A DNA stretch of 64,000 nt. Source: Candidatus Bathyarchaeota archaeon (GTDB lineage: Archaea > Thermoproteota > Bathyarchaeia > Bathyarchaeales > Bathycorpusculaceae). Below the pieces are notes generated by a model. The model saw only the letters and a list, made by a program, of their open reading frames with translations. It had not been told where the DNA came from and searched no databases. Where the stretch lies: NCBI GenBank assembly GCA_963767735.1, contig CAVYES010000007.1, forward strand, positions 1 through 64,000, written 5' to 3'. Position 1 is the stretch's first letter. Every line of letters starts with the position of its first letter. The position numbers and the translations under genes were made by a program. Below are positions 1 to 10,380 of this stretch, one piece after another.

Positions 1-247
1 CTGAAAAGAGTATGAAAGTTACAGCCGCGCCAATGTAAACTGAGATAAAAAATAGAGCGATGAAGGTAAAACCAAGCAACACGAAAAGCGTTGCGTTTGT
101 CATGCCCAGTATAGCTAAGAAAACGGCTGAGTAGGTGAGTGATTTGTGCTCAACTACTAAGATTGCGGAAATAACAGCCGCGGCTGCAAGAATAAAAAAC
201 ATTACGGTGCCTGCGTTTAGGGTGAGGGCAATATCAAGCGCTATCAT
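1..247 (-). CDS. nuoJ: NADH:quinone oxidoreductase-like subunit J, 5' part (runs off the window edge)
   Basis: Not in the ORF track. Translated by hand from ATG at 247: MIALDIALTLNAGTVMFFILAAAAVISAILVVEHKSLTYSAVFLAILG...SVYIGAAVTFILFS. Carries the NuoJ-type VYxGA helix and follows nuoI. Confidence 0.85.
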   Translation of the reverse strand, partial: MIALDIALTLNAGTVMFFILAAAAVISAILVVEHKSLTYSAVFLAILGMTNATLFVLLGFTFIALFFISVYIGAAVTFILFS

Positions 248-644
248 ATTTTATACCTCTTTTTTCATCAAACACGGGCTTCACCTTTTTTGGTTCTTCC
301 TCAACAGGCGGGCCTTTTACGAATTCCGTGGGCTTCTGCATTTGTTCATCAAGGGTATAGTATGCTTTATCGTGAACTTGGGTGAATTCCAAGGCATTAA
401 CGGGGCAAATGTCTCTGCAGAAACCGCAGAAAATGCATCTTTGATAGTTTATTCCAGGATATTTTTTGGCATCCGATTTATACATTTTTATGGCTCCGGA
501 CGGGCAGATGCGTGCGCACATAGCGCAGCTTATGCATCGGTCATCATACCATTTTAGCATGCCTCGGTAGTTGCAGCACAAGTCCATGGAAACTTCTGGA
601 TACATCAAGGTTGCACGGGGCACAAACAGGTATTTGATGCCCAT
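234..644 (-). CDS. nuoI: Complex I-like subunit I (2x[4Fe-4S])
   Basis: CISCAMCARICP and CIFCGFCRDICP motifs; position after nuoH. The frame stays open upstream to at least 713 (ACG), so the true start may be earlier. Confidence 0.9.
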   Translation of the reverse strand: MGIKYLFVPRATLMYPEVSMDLCCNYRGMLKWYDDRCISCAMCARICPSGAIKMYKSDAKKYPGINYQRCIFCGFCRDICPVNALEFTQVHDKAYYTLDEQMQKPTEFVKGPPVEEEPKKVKPVFDEKRGIKYDSA

Positions 645-714
645 CCAGACAGCGTCAACGTAGCCGATAAAGTCAATGCCTAGCAGTTTCCGACGGTTTT
701 TAGGTTTTGCCGTT

Positions 715-1764
715 TTAGAGCACCCCCAGTCCGACTAAGACAAGAGAAAGAATCACTGATAGTATAGCCACAGTGAAGAGTTTGTGCCATCCAAGTTTCA
801 ACACTTGGTCTATGCGGAACCTGCCAAAAATGGTTCTCATATAAACGGCTACAGCCATCACGATCCCAGCTTTAATCAACAAGACAATCCCGGATAGTAC
901 CGCATTTATTATTGGATGTGGAGTGAGTGAGGTAACTAGCGGGTTCCAACCGCCTAAAAATACTAAAGAGAAGAATAAGCTATAGACATACAGTTTGATG
1001 TAAGGTGCACCTAAACAGAATATGAAGAATATGCCGCCATATTCGGTGTAGGGACCAACAACAATTTCGCTTTCTGCTTCAGAAATATCGAAGGGAAAAC
1101 GTGACGAAGTCATGAGCAAAGACCCAAAAAATGCAATCGCCGCCAAGGGGTTTATAACGAGCCCCCATTCAATGCCTGTCTGCTTTTGCACAGCCTGAAT
1201 CAAGCTTAAGCTGTTATACGAAACAGCCATGGCAAGAACAGAGATGAACATTGGGATTTCATAACTCATCATCATGTACCCTTCTCGCAGACTTCCGATG
1301 AAAGAATACTTGTTGTTACTTGCCCAACCGATAATAATGACCAAAAGAGGAGCCAATGTTGCTAGGGTAGGTACTAAAAGCAATGTTAGGTCGCTATGTA
1401 CCGCTGCATAGGTGCTGCTGATGGGTATAGCAACAATGGGCAGCATCGTTAAAGTAAAGAACATTATTGGCGCAATAACGAAGACTCTCTTGTCAGCGTC
1501 TTTCGGAATGATGAACTCTTGCTGGAGGTACCTCATCAAGTCCGCCATCAACTGTGTAACTCCGCCTAAACGTTTTGCGATATAGTATGGACCATAGCGC
1601 AACTGGACTTTCGCTGTAAGTTTCCTTTCAAACCAGATCAACCCTAAAAGAACTACCAAAACAGTTATCAAACCAGGGAAAATGAGTGGAATAAAAAATT
1701 CTGGCGAAATAATGAAATGCCATATAATCAGTATTATTTGCACAGCAGTAGCGGTTGCATCCAT
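715..1764 (-). CDS. nuoH: Complex I-like subunit H
   Basis: ERKLTAKVQLRYGP, RFPFDISEAESEIVVGPYTEYGG and RFRIDQ motifs; multiple TM helices. Confidence 0.95.
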   Translation of the reverse strand: MDATATAVQIILIIWHFIISPEFFIPLIFPGLITVLVVLLGLIWFERKLTAKVQLRYGPYYIAKRLGGVTQLMADLMRYLQQEFIIPKDADKRVFVIAPIMFFTLTMLPIVAIPISSTYAAVHSDLTLLLVPTLATLAPLLVIIIGWASNNKYSFIGSLREGYMMMSYEIPMFISVLAMAVSYNSLSLIQAVQKQTGIEWGLVINPLAAIAFFGSLLMTSSRFPFDISEAESEIVVGPYTEYGGIFFIFCLGAPYIKLYVYSLFFSLVFLGGWNPLVTSLTPHPIINAVLSGIVLLIKAGIVMAVAVYMRTIFGRFRIDQVLKLGWHKLFTVAILSVILSLVLVGLGVL

Positions 1765-2930
1765 TACCTATCAGCCTCTGGAGGGAAATAGTCCAGACTT
1801 CCATAAACAGCAGGAACATCGGCTAGTCTTTGACCTATGAGCGCCGCCTTGTAACCAGCGACATTCTTGAAGGAGGGCGTAATCATGCGCAACCGGTAGG
1901 GTTGAGTGCTTCCGTCGCTCACAATGTAGAAGAAGAGTTCGCCGCGGCTTGCTTCAACTCGGGAAATTGCTGTTCCTTTTGCGGGTTTTAAGGCTGTAAA
2001 CACCGCAGGGAATCTGAGAACGCCGCTTTGGTCAACAAGCTCCTTCATCTTTGGATTAATTCCTTTCATATATTTGTCTGCGAAGTATGCGCCATCAGGT
2101 ATCTTGTCAAGGATTTGCCTTACGATTCTGATGCTTTGCTTCATTTCTTCCCGTCTGACAAGAAGCCGAGCGTAACAGTCTCCAGCCTCTTCAGTAATAA
2201 GATCAAAGTCTATTTCGTTGTAGGCGCAGTAAGGCTCCACTTTTCTAACGTCATAAGGAACCCCTGAACCTCGAAGGTTAGGACCTACAATGCCGATTCT
2301 TGCAGCGTAAGTTCTGGAAATAACTCCCACACCTTTAAGACGCGCTATGGTAACCGGGTTGTTAACAAAGAGTTTATTGTAATCTATAAAGCGTTTTTCG
2401 AGGTAACTGAGAACTTTAAACACGTTGTCTTTAAAATCGGCAGGCAGATTGCGCCTTACACCCCCAGGAACAATATATGAATACGTTAATCGGGCACCTG
2501 TCAACTGCTGTGACAGTTCCAATAAGGGCTCTCTATCCTGGAAAGCCCATTCGAACATGGTTGAAGAGCCAATCATGTTTCCGAAAATGCCAAGACCGTA
2601 AAGGTGACTGTGAATCCTGTTAATTTCACACAACAGCATCCTCAGGTATTGAGCTCTCGGAGGAACTTCAACATCCAACAATTTCTCCAAGGCTAAAATA
2701 TAACCCAGGTTATGGTTTGACGCATCAGCCAAAGCAGGTCTTTCCACAAGCGGAATTACCTGCAAATAAGTTTTTGTTTCAGCTATTTTTTCAACTGCCC
2801 GATGAACATAACCGATGTTTGGTTCAAACCTTACTATAATGTCGCCGTCCACTTCGGCAACGAGTCTCATGTGACCTGAGCCAGGGTGCTGCGGACCGAT
2901 TAGAAGTTCAACTGTCTCTGCATCGCTCAA
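1764..2930 (-). CDS. nuoD: Complex I-like subunit D (no NiFe-binding CxxC motifs)
   Basis: GPQHPGSGHMRL, GYVHRAVEK, VEASRGE and C-terminal SLDYFPPEADR motifs. Confidence 0.95.
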   Translation of the reverse strand: MSDAETVELLIGPQHPGSGHMRLVAEVDGDIIVRFEPNIGYVHRAVEKIAETKTYLQVIPLVERPALADASNHNLGYILALEKLLDVEVPPRAQYLRMLLCEINRIHSHLYGLGIFGNMIGSSTMFEWAFQDREPLLELSQQLTGARLTYSYIVPGGVRRNLPADFKDNVFKVLSYLEKRFIDYNKLFVNNPVTIARLKGVGVISRTYAARIGIVGPNLRGSGVPYDVRKVEPYCAYNEIDFDLITEEAGDCYARLLVRREEMKQSIRIVRQILDKIPDGAYFADKYMKGINPKMKELVDQSGVLRFPAVFTALKPAKGTAISRVEASRGELFFYIVSDGSTQPYRLRMITPSFKNVAGYKAALIGQRLADVPAVYGSLDYFPPEADR

Positions 2931-3334
2931 GCGTCTATCCCTTCTGTTTTTAGCTTAAAGTCTTTCCTTAGCGGAGGTCCTCCTTCGAAGTTGTCCATAA
3001 GGAAAAGCCGTTCTTTTTTAGGCAATCCCTCGAACGTGACCCCCATTAGATCTAAGGTTTCTCTCTCAGGGTATTCAGCGCTAGGCCAAATGTCGATTAC
3101 CGATGCTATCTTTGGATCTTGGCGATCAAGAGATGTTTGTAGCTCAAAAATAACCTTAGCTAGTTCCGCGTTCAAAAATGACGAAATGTGGTATACGATA
3201 TCTATCTTAGTTTCTTGGGGTAAGTCGACAGCAGTCACTGACTTAACATGGTCAAACCCTATTGAATCCAATTTAAGGGCAACTTCCAGAATTTTTAAGC
3301 GATCTACAGTTGCCGATAGACATGTTGGAGACAC
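2927..3334 (-). CDS. nuoC: Complex I-like subunit C
   Basis: SVTAVD, WPSAEYPERETLDLMGVTFEG and PPLRKDF motifs. The frame is open upstream to a CTG at 3412. Confidence 0.9.
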   Translation of the reverse strand: MSPTCLSATVDRLKILEVALKLDSIGFDHVKSVTAVDLPQETKIDIVYHISSFLNAELAKVIFELQTSLDRQDPKIASVIDIWPSAEYPERETLDLMGVTFEGLPKKERLFLMDNFEGGPPLRKDFKLKTEGIDA

Positions 3335-3398
3335 TACGCTTACTTCGCTAACAAGACCGTTAAGCTCAGCAGAAATCTTAGCTGCTAATTCATCAGTT

Positions 3399-3917
3399 TT
3401 AAGGATAATCAGGAGTCCCCCTTTCCCGTATTTTACGCTGGAGCATAATAATTCCCCGCAGAACGCCTTCAGGTCTTGGGGGGCAACCTATAATGAAAGT
3501 GTCTACTGGTAAGATTTCATGGGATCTAACTATGTTGTAGCTGTTCCAGAAGATCCCGCCGTCAATAGCGCATGCTCCCATGCCAATCACAAACTTTGGC
3601 TCTGGCATCTGTTGATAGACAACTTTGGCTGCTTCACCCATCTTTTTTGTTAATGTTCCTTCTATGAATATCACGTTACATTGTCGTGTGCCAACGAATG
3701 GCAAGGATCCGAACCGTTCAGCATCATATCTTGGGGCATACGTTGCAGCAAATTCTGCTCCGCAGCAAGCAGTGGTGAAATGCACTGGCCAAAGAGAGTA
3801 GGAGATGCCCCAGTTTCGGATGGAACTGAATGGCTTTCGCTTCATAAGCTTTCGCAAGGACTTTTCGAAGGAGCTTCGGGTTGGGTTTAATTTTTGGTTT
3901 CTTCTCTCATTTGCCAT
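3399..3917 (-). CDS. nuoB: Complex I-like subunit B
   Basis: TTACCGAEF (tandem Cys of cluster N2), QMPEPKFVIGMGACAIDGG and GCPPRPE motifs. Confidence 0.95.
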   Translation of the reverse strand: MANERRNQKLNPTRSSFEKSLRKLMKRKPFSSIRNWGISYSLWPVHFTTACCGAEFAATYAPRYDAERFGSLPFVGTRQCNVIFIEGTLTKKMGEAAKVVYQQMPEPKFVIGMGACAIDGGIFWNSYNIVRSHEILPVDTFIIGCPPRPEGVLRGIIMLQRKIRERGTPDYP

Positions 3918-4321
3918 AAGCCAATCTTCCTTGCTGAGTCGAGGCCAAAGATTATTGGTGGAACAAGCATCGCTAAAGTAACGCCGAACAGCTCTACTGT
4001 TGGCGTGAACGCTTGGTGAACATCCATGAGGAGTAGAAACCAGTAGATTAAAACTGGCTCTACTGTTAAGAAGACAACTAGGTAAGCGTAGTACTGCATG
4101 GTAAGTTTACCTCTTCCTCTTCCGTACGTAGCTGGCTGAGTTGGCGGGTTACCGCAGTCAAACCGCTCATCTTTGAGGGGCAACGGTTTAGGTGGTGCAG
4201 CAAGTCGACTTGTAGCGAAGCCGATAGCACCGAAGCCGATACCTCCAGCCAGAGCTAAAATAAAGGCGATTAAAGTGCTTTGGTCGACAACAAGCGTAGA
4301 CACTGTTAATACTCTCCCCAT
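3887..4321 (-). CDS. nuoA: Complex I-like subunit A
   Basis: Three TM helices, KDERFDCGNPP and YYAYLVVFLTVE motifs; first gene of the operon. Confidence 0.9.
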   Translation of the reverse strand: MGRVLTVSTLVVDQSTLIAFILALAGGIGFGAIGFATSRLAAPPKPLPLKDERFDCGNPPTQPATYGRGRGKLTMQYYAYLVVFLTVEPVLIYWFLLLMDVHQAFTPTVELFGVTLAMLVPPIIFGLDSARKIGLWQMREETKN

Positions 4322-4670
4322 ATTAAGCTACGCGCAAAACCAGGCGAAAGCGCGCTGAATACACAATCATTAAAGGCTTTGATTCCCATTAGCCCATCGC
4401 TTCTCCTCATCTAAAATTTATTTGATAGACGCTAATATGTATTTTGATTTTATTATTATGAATTTTTTGATAAAAAGCGTGTTATTTTCAATGCGTTGAT
4501 TTTAATTTCTCACGTTATGTGGGACTTAAAAGTCGGCTAGGAATCAAAAAATGTTATTTCCTAAAATTTATTTTACATGCTTTTATCTCTGAGACCGAAA
4601 CCTTTTTTGTCATCTTTTTTTCATTTTTTAGGGAAATGCAAATTGCATACCATTCGGTGAACAAGGTAAG

Positions 4671-5852
4671 ATGACTGCAGTTGAAAATCAGCAACCTACT
4701 TCTCGTTATCGATGGGCCGTGCTGTTCGCTTCCGTCTTCGCCTTTATAATGTTCGCCTTTGCGCTTCAGTCAGTACCGCCTCTGTTACAGCAATTTCAAG
4801 GTATTTTCGGTATAAATGCTGCGACGGCTGGGCTCTTGATGTCAATGGCCGTTATTCCAGGAATTATTCTTGCATTACCTGCAGGAATATTAATTGGCAA
4901 GTACAGCTTCCGAAAACTAGGATTCTTGTCAACATTGGTGATTGCCGTTGGCAGCTTAATCATGGCGCTCTCCTCAAGCTTTTCTGTAGCCCTCTTGGCA
5001 AGATTCATTGTAGGCTTAGGAGGGGGCTTGCTTTCGGTCGGCACGCCTTCGATTGTTACACAGTGGTTTGAGCACAAAGAAATGGGAAGAGCTATGAGTG
5101 TTTATGCAGTAGGAATGCCCTTGGGAACGGTAGCAGCGTTTTTCACCGCACCGATCTTAGCTCAGAGTTTTGGCTGGCAATCTCTGTTTTATGCGGGAGC
5201 GTTAGTTTCAACGTTGTCAGCGATATTTTTCTGGGTAATTGTGAGAGATGGTCCGCTAAAAGGTAATTCAGCTGCTAAGCTTTCAGATGCTTGGCGGGCA
5301 GTAAGCAACCGTGAAATCTGGAAAGTGAGCCTCGTTTGGATGTTCTTTAACATGATTGCCATTGGCTTTCTAACTTGGTCACCTGATCTTTTCGTCAAGT
5401 TCAAGGACCTGACACTTGTAAATGCCAGCATTCTCTCAAGTCTAATCATGATTGCAAACTTCTTTTTTGTGCCTCTTTACGGGTGGGCTTCGGATAGATT
5501 GGGCAGACGTAAACCCTTCATAATTTCAGGTTTGACGCTTATGGGCCTGAGCCTATACGCTATCATTTACTTGAATGGGGTTTCTCTGGCGGTTTCTATC
5601 CTAATTCTCGGCGCAGTTGCTGGAGCGGTGCCACCTCTTGTTATGGCAATAACAGCTCAGACTTTACCTCCAAAATCGGCTGGAATGGGCTTTGGCGTCA
5701 TAACGTTGTGGCAAAATATAGGAATCGCGGTGACAGCTCCGATAGTAGGATACTTAATAGGGATAACTGATTCCCTGTCACTGACTTTTGGGGGGCTATC
5801 AATTTTTGCGTACATTGGAGCAATAGTAGCTTTAACACTTCGCTCGAAATAA
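4671..5852 (+). CDS. Major facilitator superfamily transporter
   Basis: About 12 TM helices, GWASDRLGRRK motif A and WFEHKEMGRAM. Confidence 0.9.
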   Translation: MTAVENQQPTSRYRWAVLFASVFAFIMFAFALQSVPPLLQQFQGIFGINAATAGLLMSMAVIPGIILALPAGILIGKYSFRKLGFLSTLVIAVGSLIMALSSSFSVALLARFIVGLGGGLLSVGTPSIVTQWFEHKEMGRAMSVYAVGMPLGTVAAFFTAPILAQSFGWQSLFYAGALVSTLSAIFFWVIVRDGPLKGNSAAKLSDAWRAVSNREIWKVSLVWMFFNMIAIGFLTWSPDLFVKFKDLTLVNASILSSLIMIANFFFVPLYGWASDRLGRRKPFIISGLTLMGLSLYAIIYLNGVSLAVSILILGAVAGAVPPLVMAITAQTLPPKSAGMGFGVITLWQNIGIAVTAPIVGYLIGITDSLSLTFGGLSIFAYIGAIVALTLRSK

Positions 5853-6002
5853 AGAACTCTTGTTTGCAGTTTTCTTGGTGTAGCTTCTCTAGCCTTTTTG
5901 AGTTTAATTTAAAAAGCAAACAAAAACGTATTTCAAAAGATAAAATTTTTAGACGGAGTCCAAGCTGTTTAGGGCCAGGAATACGATTTTAGGGTTCTGC
6001 CG

Positions 6003-6752
6003 CTATTTTGTAGCCATGTATAATCCAACGATTCCAAGGGAGAGCGGTTTAAAAGCTGCATCAGTAAAACCTGCACTCTTGAACATAGCCAAAACGTCTT
6101 TTGGAACTGGAAAGTTAGCTGCCGACTTTCCGAGATATTTGTAGGCTGGTTTCCGTCCAGATACCCATCCTCCAACAAGAGGAACGATTCTTAAACAGTA
6201 GAAACGGAAGAAGCTTCTAACAAGACGGTTTTTTGGCTGGCTTGTTTCAACGCATGTGAACTTTCCATGCTGTTTAAGCGTTCTCGTTACCTCTTTCAAG
6301 TAAGCGTTAGCCTTAGGATTCCTGTATATGAGGTTCCTTAAACCCATAGAAATTTTTACGGTATCAACTGAGTCATTTTTCAATGGCAAATGAGCGGCAT
6401 CAGCAATGACAAACGCAAAATTGTCCTTGCCTGCCCATTTGCTCTTGGATTTCTTGGCGATTGCTTTTGACAGCATTTCTTTGCTAAAGTCAAGACCTAA
6501 TAAGAATGAATCATCTTTGAGGTTCTGCATAAGGCTGAATGAAAGATCACCCGTCCCACAGCACAGGTCAACTACAAAATGTCCATCGGCAGATTCTTTA
6601 GCGCAAGCTTTCCGCCAGCGCTTATCTAATCCGAACGCCAAAACCTTATTGGATAAATCGTAAGTTTCTGCCACCGTGGAGAACATGGGTTTAAGCATAA
6701 CATGCATCTCAGACTTTCTTGTGAAACAGTTGGTTTTCCTATATATCAGCAT
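6003..6752 (-). CDS. ubiE: UbiE/MenG (demethylmenaquinone) C-methyltransferase; start may be ~15 codons later
   Basis: MFSTVAETYDLSNKVLAFGLDKRWRK, VDLCCGTGD, ADAAHLP and AYKYLGKS motifs. Confidence 0.9.
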   Translation of the reverse strand: MLIYRKTNCFTRKSEMHVMLKPMFSTVAETYDLSNKVLAFGLDKRWRKACAKESADGHFVVDLCCGTGDLSFSLMQNLKDDSFLLGLDFSKEMLSKAIAKKSKSKWAGKDNFAFVIADAAHLPLKNDSVDTVKISMGLRNLIYRNPKANAYLKEVTRTLKQHGKFTCVETSQPKNRLVRSFFRFYCLRIVPLVGGWVSGRKPAYKYLGKSAANFPVPKDVLAMFKSAGFTDAAFKPLSLGIVGLYMATK

Positions 6753-7087
6753 AATTCAAGGATATAAATTGTTAGACTTTTTATGATAAAATTCATGTAA
6801 ATGTTTCCAAGGTTCACATGACATGTGTCGCTTCATCTTAATCCTAAGACTATGATTCTGGACAACCTTTAGTATTAAGCAGAGCAAATGGGCGTTCTTG
6901 TCTGTTCCTAAATCAATTGTTCGGTCAACGTAAATCTCAATTTTGCTCTGCCTCAATGAGATGACATTTCAATACAACCTGAATTTACACAGGTATTTAT
7001 AGTGATAATAATTCGAGTCTTTTTTTCAGAAAAAGACTGTTTCTTCTTTTTGAATTGGCTTATTAATGCAATCACAAAGTTAATATA

Positions 7088-7906
7088 GTGATTTTTCCTA
7101 AATTTTATTCAGGTATGAAATTTTTATCGGAGATAAAAAATTTGTTAAAGACTTCTAGGATGTTAAAAGCGTTGATTTTTACTTTGTTAACGGCAATGCT
7201 CTTAATGGCAGTCCTAAATTTAGCTATGCAAAGTGTGAAAGCACAAACAACGGACACCGTCGTCATCTTAACCTCCATTGGCGGAACAACAAGTCCATCA
7301 GGAACCAACAGTTATCCTGACGGCTCGGTTCAAACATTCACAGCGACCCCAACAGGCGACGAATATAGCTTCGTGGATTGGGAGATTTCTACTGCTGCAG
7401 GAGCCACCTTTACCTCTACTAACCCCCTTTCGCTAACCCTTAACGAGAGTAGCTACACTTTACAAGCAATATTCCAGCCAATATTGTATATTCCACCAGC
7501 TACTGCGCCTACATCTGCTACTGACGCCATCGTTGTTATTTTAGCTGGTGTTGGAGGAAACGTGAGTCCTGCTCCAGGCACATATGCATTAAGTAATGCG
7601 GCCTCACTTAATCTAACCGCTACCGCTGACAGCGGCTGGACATTCGACCACTGGGTAATCGCTGGCACTCCAATGAATCACGGCGCATACTCATTAACGC
7701 TTACACCCACAAATAACCCATATAACGTCAACCATGGCTACGGAAACACCTACAGCTACCAACCAGTGTTCAGTCCAATCAGCACCACAGCAACGCCAAC
7801 ACCAACAGTAAACGAGTTCTCAACTGCAACCACACTTATCGCAGTTATTGCACTGGTCGCAGCAGCATTTGGGACATATACATACACCAAAAAAGCTAAA
7901 AAGTAA
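7088..7906 (+). CDS. Surface protein with two divergent InlB-B/Flg_new-like repeats and a C-terminal anchor
   Basis: Signal peptide; two GGxxSPxxGTxxY...TATxxxxYxFxxW repeats; Thr/Pro linker; VNEFS + TM helix + KKAKK tail. Confidence 0.7.
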   Translation: MIFPKFYSGMKFLSEIKNLLKTSRMLKALIFTLLTAMLLMAVLNLAMQSVKAQTTDTVVILTSIGGTTSPSGTNSYPDGSVQTFTATPTGDEYSFVDWEISTAAGATFTSTNPLSLTLNESSYTLQAIFQPILYIPPATAPTSATDAIVVILAGVGGNVSPAPGTYALSNAASLNLTATADSGWTFDHWVIAGTPMNHGAYSLTLTPTNNPYNVNHGYGNTYSYQPVFSPISTTATPTPTVNEFSTATTLIAVIALVAAAFGTYTYTKKAKK

Positions 7907-8032
7907 AAATTCTCCTTTTCTTTCTTTTTATAATTCAAAAGAATGCTTCACATAACCTAAAATGCCCTCAGCGTCTTTTTCGATTAACTGAAGTTTACCT
8001 CGAATCTTATTTTTTTATCCAACGGACGTCCT

Positions 8033-8857
8033 TCAGTTTACGTTTTTTTGCTTCTTCTTTAGTCTTAGCAACATATCTGTTGCAACAACAGCTGCGAAGA
8101 CTATGATAGCAGCTAAGATGGCGTAGAAGGCGGAATAGTCTTTAATTGACTCGACATCGGGGACGGGAGAATTTTCTGGGGATATTGCAGAAGCGGGGGA
8201 AGGAACTGGGTACCAGGCGTATTCAACGCTGACGTTTGAAGTTGCACCGTCAACAATCACCGCTACACCATTAACAATCATACCTCCATTGTTGCCAGTA
8301 ACAGTCCAACTATTGTTATATGGAGCGTTTCTGCCGTCAATGAAAACGGCGAAAATACTTACAGGCCAAGTTTTTGTTCCGATTCCAGCAGCAGTCTCAT
8401 TGATTGACCCAAATTGCATTTTGACGGTTTGGTTTCCTACCCCGTTAACAGTGTAGTTTAGCCAGCCTGGAGTTAGCCACTTTCCAGTGTTGTTGATGTC
8501 ACTTGGATCAGGAATTAACAATCGGTCAAAGCTGGTTACGGTTATGTTGCAGTCCTGTGCAGTTATACTTAAATTCCCGTCGTTTGGGCTACCTGAGAGC
8601 GGGTCACCGTTGCTCGTCAAGTTTGTGGAAGTCAATTGAAGTTTGGTGAAAACCCAAGTGCTGTTCACCAAGGTGGCAGTTTCATAAGAGCAGTTGCCCA
8701 CAAAAGATATCGTGCTGTTTTTTTCTGGAATTACAAACGCGTCTGACGGAGAAAAGCTTGTAGTGCTAGCTGCATACACTGAGAGACAAATCCAAGGTGA
8801 AAGCATAACAAACATGCAGATTACTGCCACGCATACCAGGGTGATCTTTCTATTCAT
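8033..8857 (-). CDS. Secreted, C-terminally anchored surface protein (paralog of 8860-10218)
   Basis: Signal peptide, many NxS/T sequons, C-terminal TM helix and basic tail; shares FSPSDxFxIPxxNSTxSF and WLNYTVxGxGxQ with its neighbour. Confidence 0.75.
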   Translation of the reverse strand: MNRKITLVCVAVICMFVMLSPWICLSVYAASTTSFSPSDAFVIPEKNSTISFVGNCSYETATLVNSTWVFTKLQLTSTNLTSNGDPLSGSPNDGNLSITAQDCNITVTSFDRLLIPDPSDINNTGKWLTPGWLNYTVNGVGNQTVKMQFGSINETAAGIGTKTWPVSIFAVFIDGRNAPYNNSWTVTGNNGGMIVNGVAVIVDGATSNVSVEYAWYPVPSPASAISPENSPVPDVESIKDYSAFYAILAAIIVFAAVVATDMLLRLKKKQKNVN

Positions 8858-8859
8858 TT

Positions 8860-10218
8860 TTATTCCCTTCCTTTTGCTGCATGAAACTTACCCACTATTT
8901 GCCCAGATAACTGACAGGAAATTTCTATTTCATGAAGGAGATTCTTTGGCGCGGCTGCCTTTTTGATGCGTCTAAGTTCAATGAGCGTTGGGGCAACCAC
9001 AGCAATAATTATGATTCCAGCCAAACCAACAAAAAAGAGGAGGTTGCTAGGTCGCAGGGCTGAACCCGTATCTGGAGGAATTGTAGATGATGAAGCAGAG
9101 GTTGTTGGTTCAGGGATATGGCCACTGTTGGCTAGACCGACGGCTGGCGGCGGCAAATCGTTGAGGGCGGTGTTGGGCAGATAGTAAACGCTTACGTTGG
9201 AGGTGGCCCCTGTAATCGTTACCCACCCATTGTTCAAGAGTGACCAGCCGTCACCCGCGGTTCTGTTTTCGCCGTCTACGTAAACGGTATAGTTGAGTGG
9301 TCCGTTGGGAGCTATGTTGCCGTTTGTGTAGCCGTAGTTCAGGTTTACATTTTGAGTGCCAATCCCTGCGACGGTGTAGTTTAGCCAAGTGGCCACGTCA
9401 GTCAGCCCTGTCAGGGTGCCTGGATTATAGCCGGTGATCGTGATGTTGCAGTTTTGGGCGGACACCGCAAAATCCCAAAAGGGAATGCCGCTTGGCGTGA
9501 TGCCGTTCAAAGCTAAATTCTGGAAGTACAAGACATTATCGGTAAGGCCAGCGGTGCCCAGATAAGTTCCACAGTAGCTAAAGCTGACTGTGCTGTTGCA
9601 AGCGGGAATTGCGAAACTATCGGAAGGCGAGAAGGTCGTCGGTGAAGCTTCTGCCCATTGAATACAAACGGCGGAGACCGCGCATGCAATGGTCAGCGTG
9701 CCATCGGCAGATACGGTCCAGCCGTTGTTTTGCGGTTTAGCTACGCCGTCAATGTATACTGTCCAGTTGAGAAGCTCATTATTGGAATAATGCAGGTTGA
9801 AAATTTGGCTACCCACCCCAACAACGGTGTAATCCAGCTCGCCTGGAAACGGAGGAACCACGTTCAAAGCGTCAAGATGCGTGATGGTTACCTTGCAGTT
9901 TCGCGCCGAAACGCTGAAGCCAACCCCCATGAAATTAGGCAAAGCACTCGTGCCGTCATTCACAAATAACCCATTGAAGTTCCATGAGCCGCTGTCTAAG
10001 CTTGCGTTAGCGTAGGAGCCACCTGACGAAAAGACCACTGTACTGTTGTATGAGGGAATTTTAAATTGAGTGGCAGATGTGAAGTTGACGTTGGTTGTTG
10101 GCGGAAACGCGTTTGTTGTGTTTTGGGCTTGAGCGAGAAGATTTGAGGAAACAAGCAGAACGACCATGCAGATTAAAGTACTTGTCGAGAGAGCTTTGCG
10201 GTTCATTTTTCGTTTCAT
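8860..10218 (-). CDS. Secreted, C-terminally anchored surface protein with two copies of a ~160-aa domain
   Basis: Internal repeat (FxIPxxNSTVxF...SAxNCxxTIT...YTVxGxGxQ...TVYxDG...GW) and a TM anchor. Confidence 0.75.
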   Translation of the reverse strand: MKRKMNRKALSTSTLICMVVLLVSSNLLAQAQNTTNAFPPTTNVNFTSATQFKIPSYNSTVVFSSGGSYANASLDSGSWNFNGLFVNDGTSALPNFMGVGFSVSARNCKVTITHLDALNVVPPFPGELDYTVVGVGSQIFNLHYSNNELLNWTVYIDGVAKPQNNGWTVSADGTLTIACAVSAVCIQWAEASPTTFSPSDSFAIPACNSTVSFSYCGTYLGTAGLTDNVLYFQNLALNGITPSGIPFWDFAVSAQNCNITITGYNPGTLTGLTDVATWLNYTVAGIGTQNVNLNYGYTNGNIAPNGPLNYTVYVDGENRTAGDGWSLLNNGWVTITGATSNVSVYYLPNTALNDLPPPAVGLANSGHIPEPTTSASSSTIPPDTGSALRPSNLLFFVGLAGIIIIAVVAPTLIELRRIKKAAAPKNLLHEIEISCQLSGQIVGKFHAAKGRE

Positions 10219-10380
10219 CTCTTTTGCTCGTCACGTTGACCTGCCTGAACTCAAGTTCCGAGCGATACTTAATGCGATGCTTTAGAACACTTGTTCTTGC
10301 ATTTAGAACAGCACGGTTGCTTTAAGCGGCAGCTTTTGAATGAAGGGAAATTTTGCAAAAGAAAATGTAGAATTTTCCCT

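Noticed and set aside
1764-3917. Group 4 NiFe hydrogenase (Ech/Mbh)
   Set aside because: The large subunit lacks both CxxC Ni-binding motifs and the small subunit has the complex I tandem CC.
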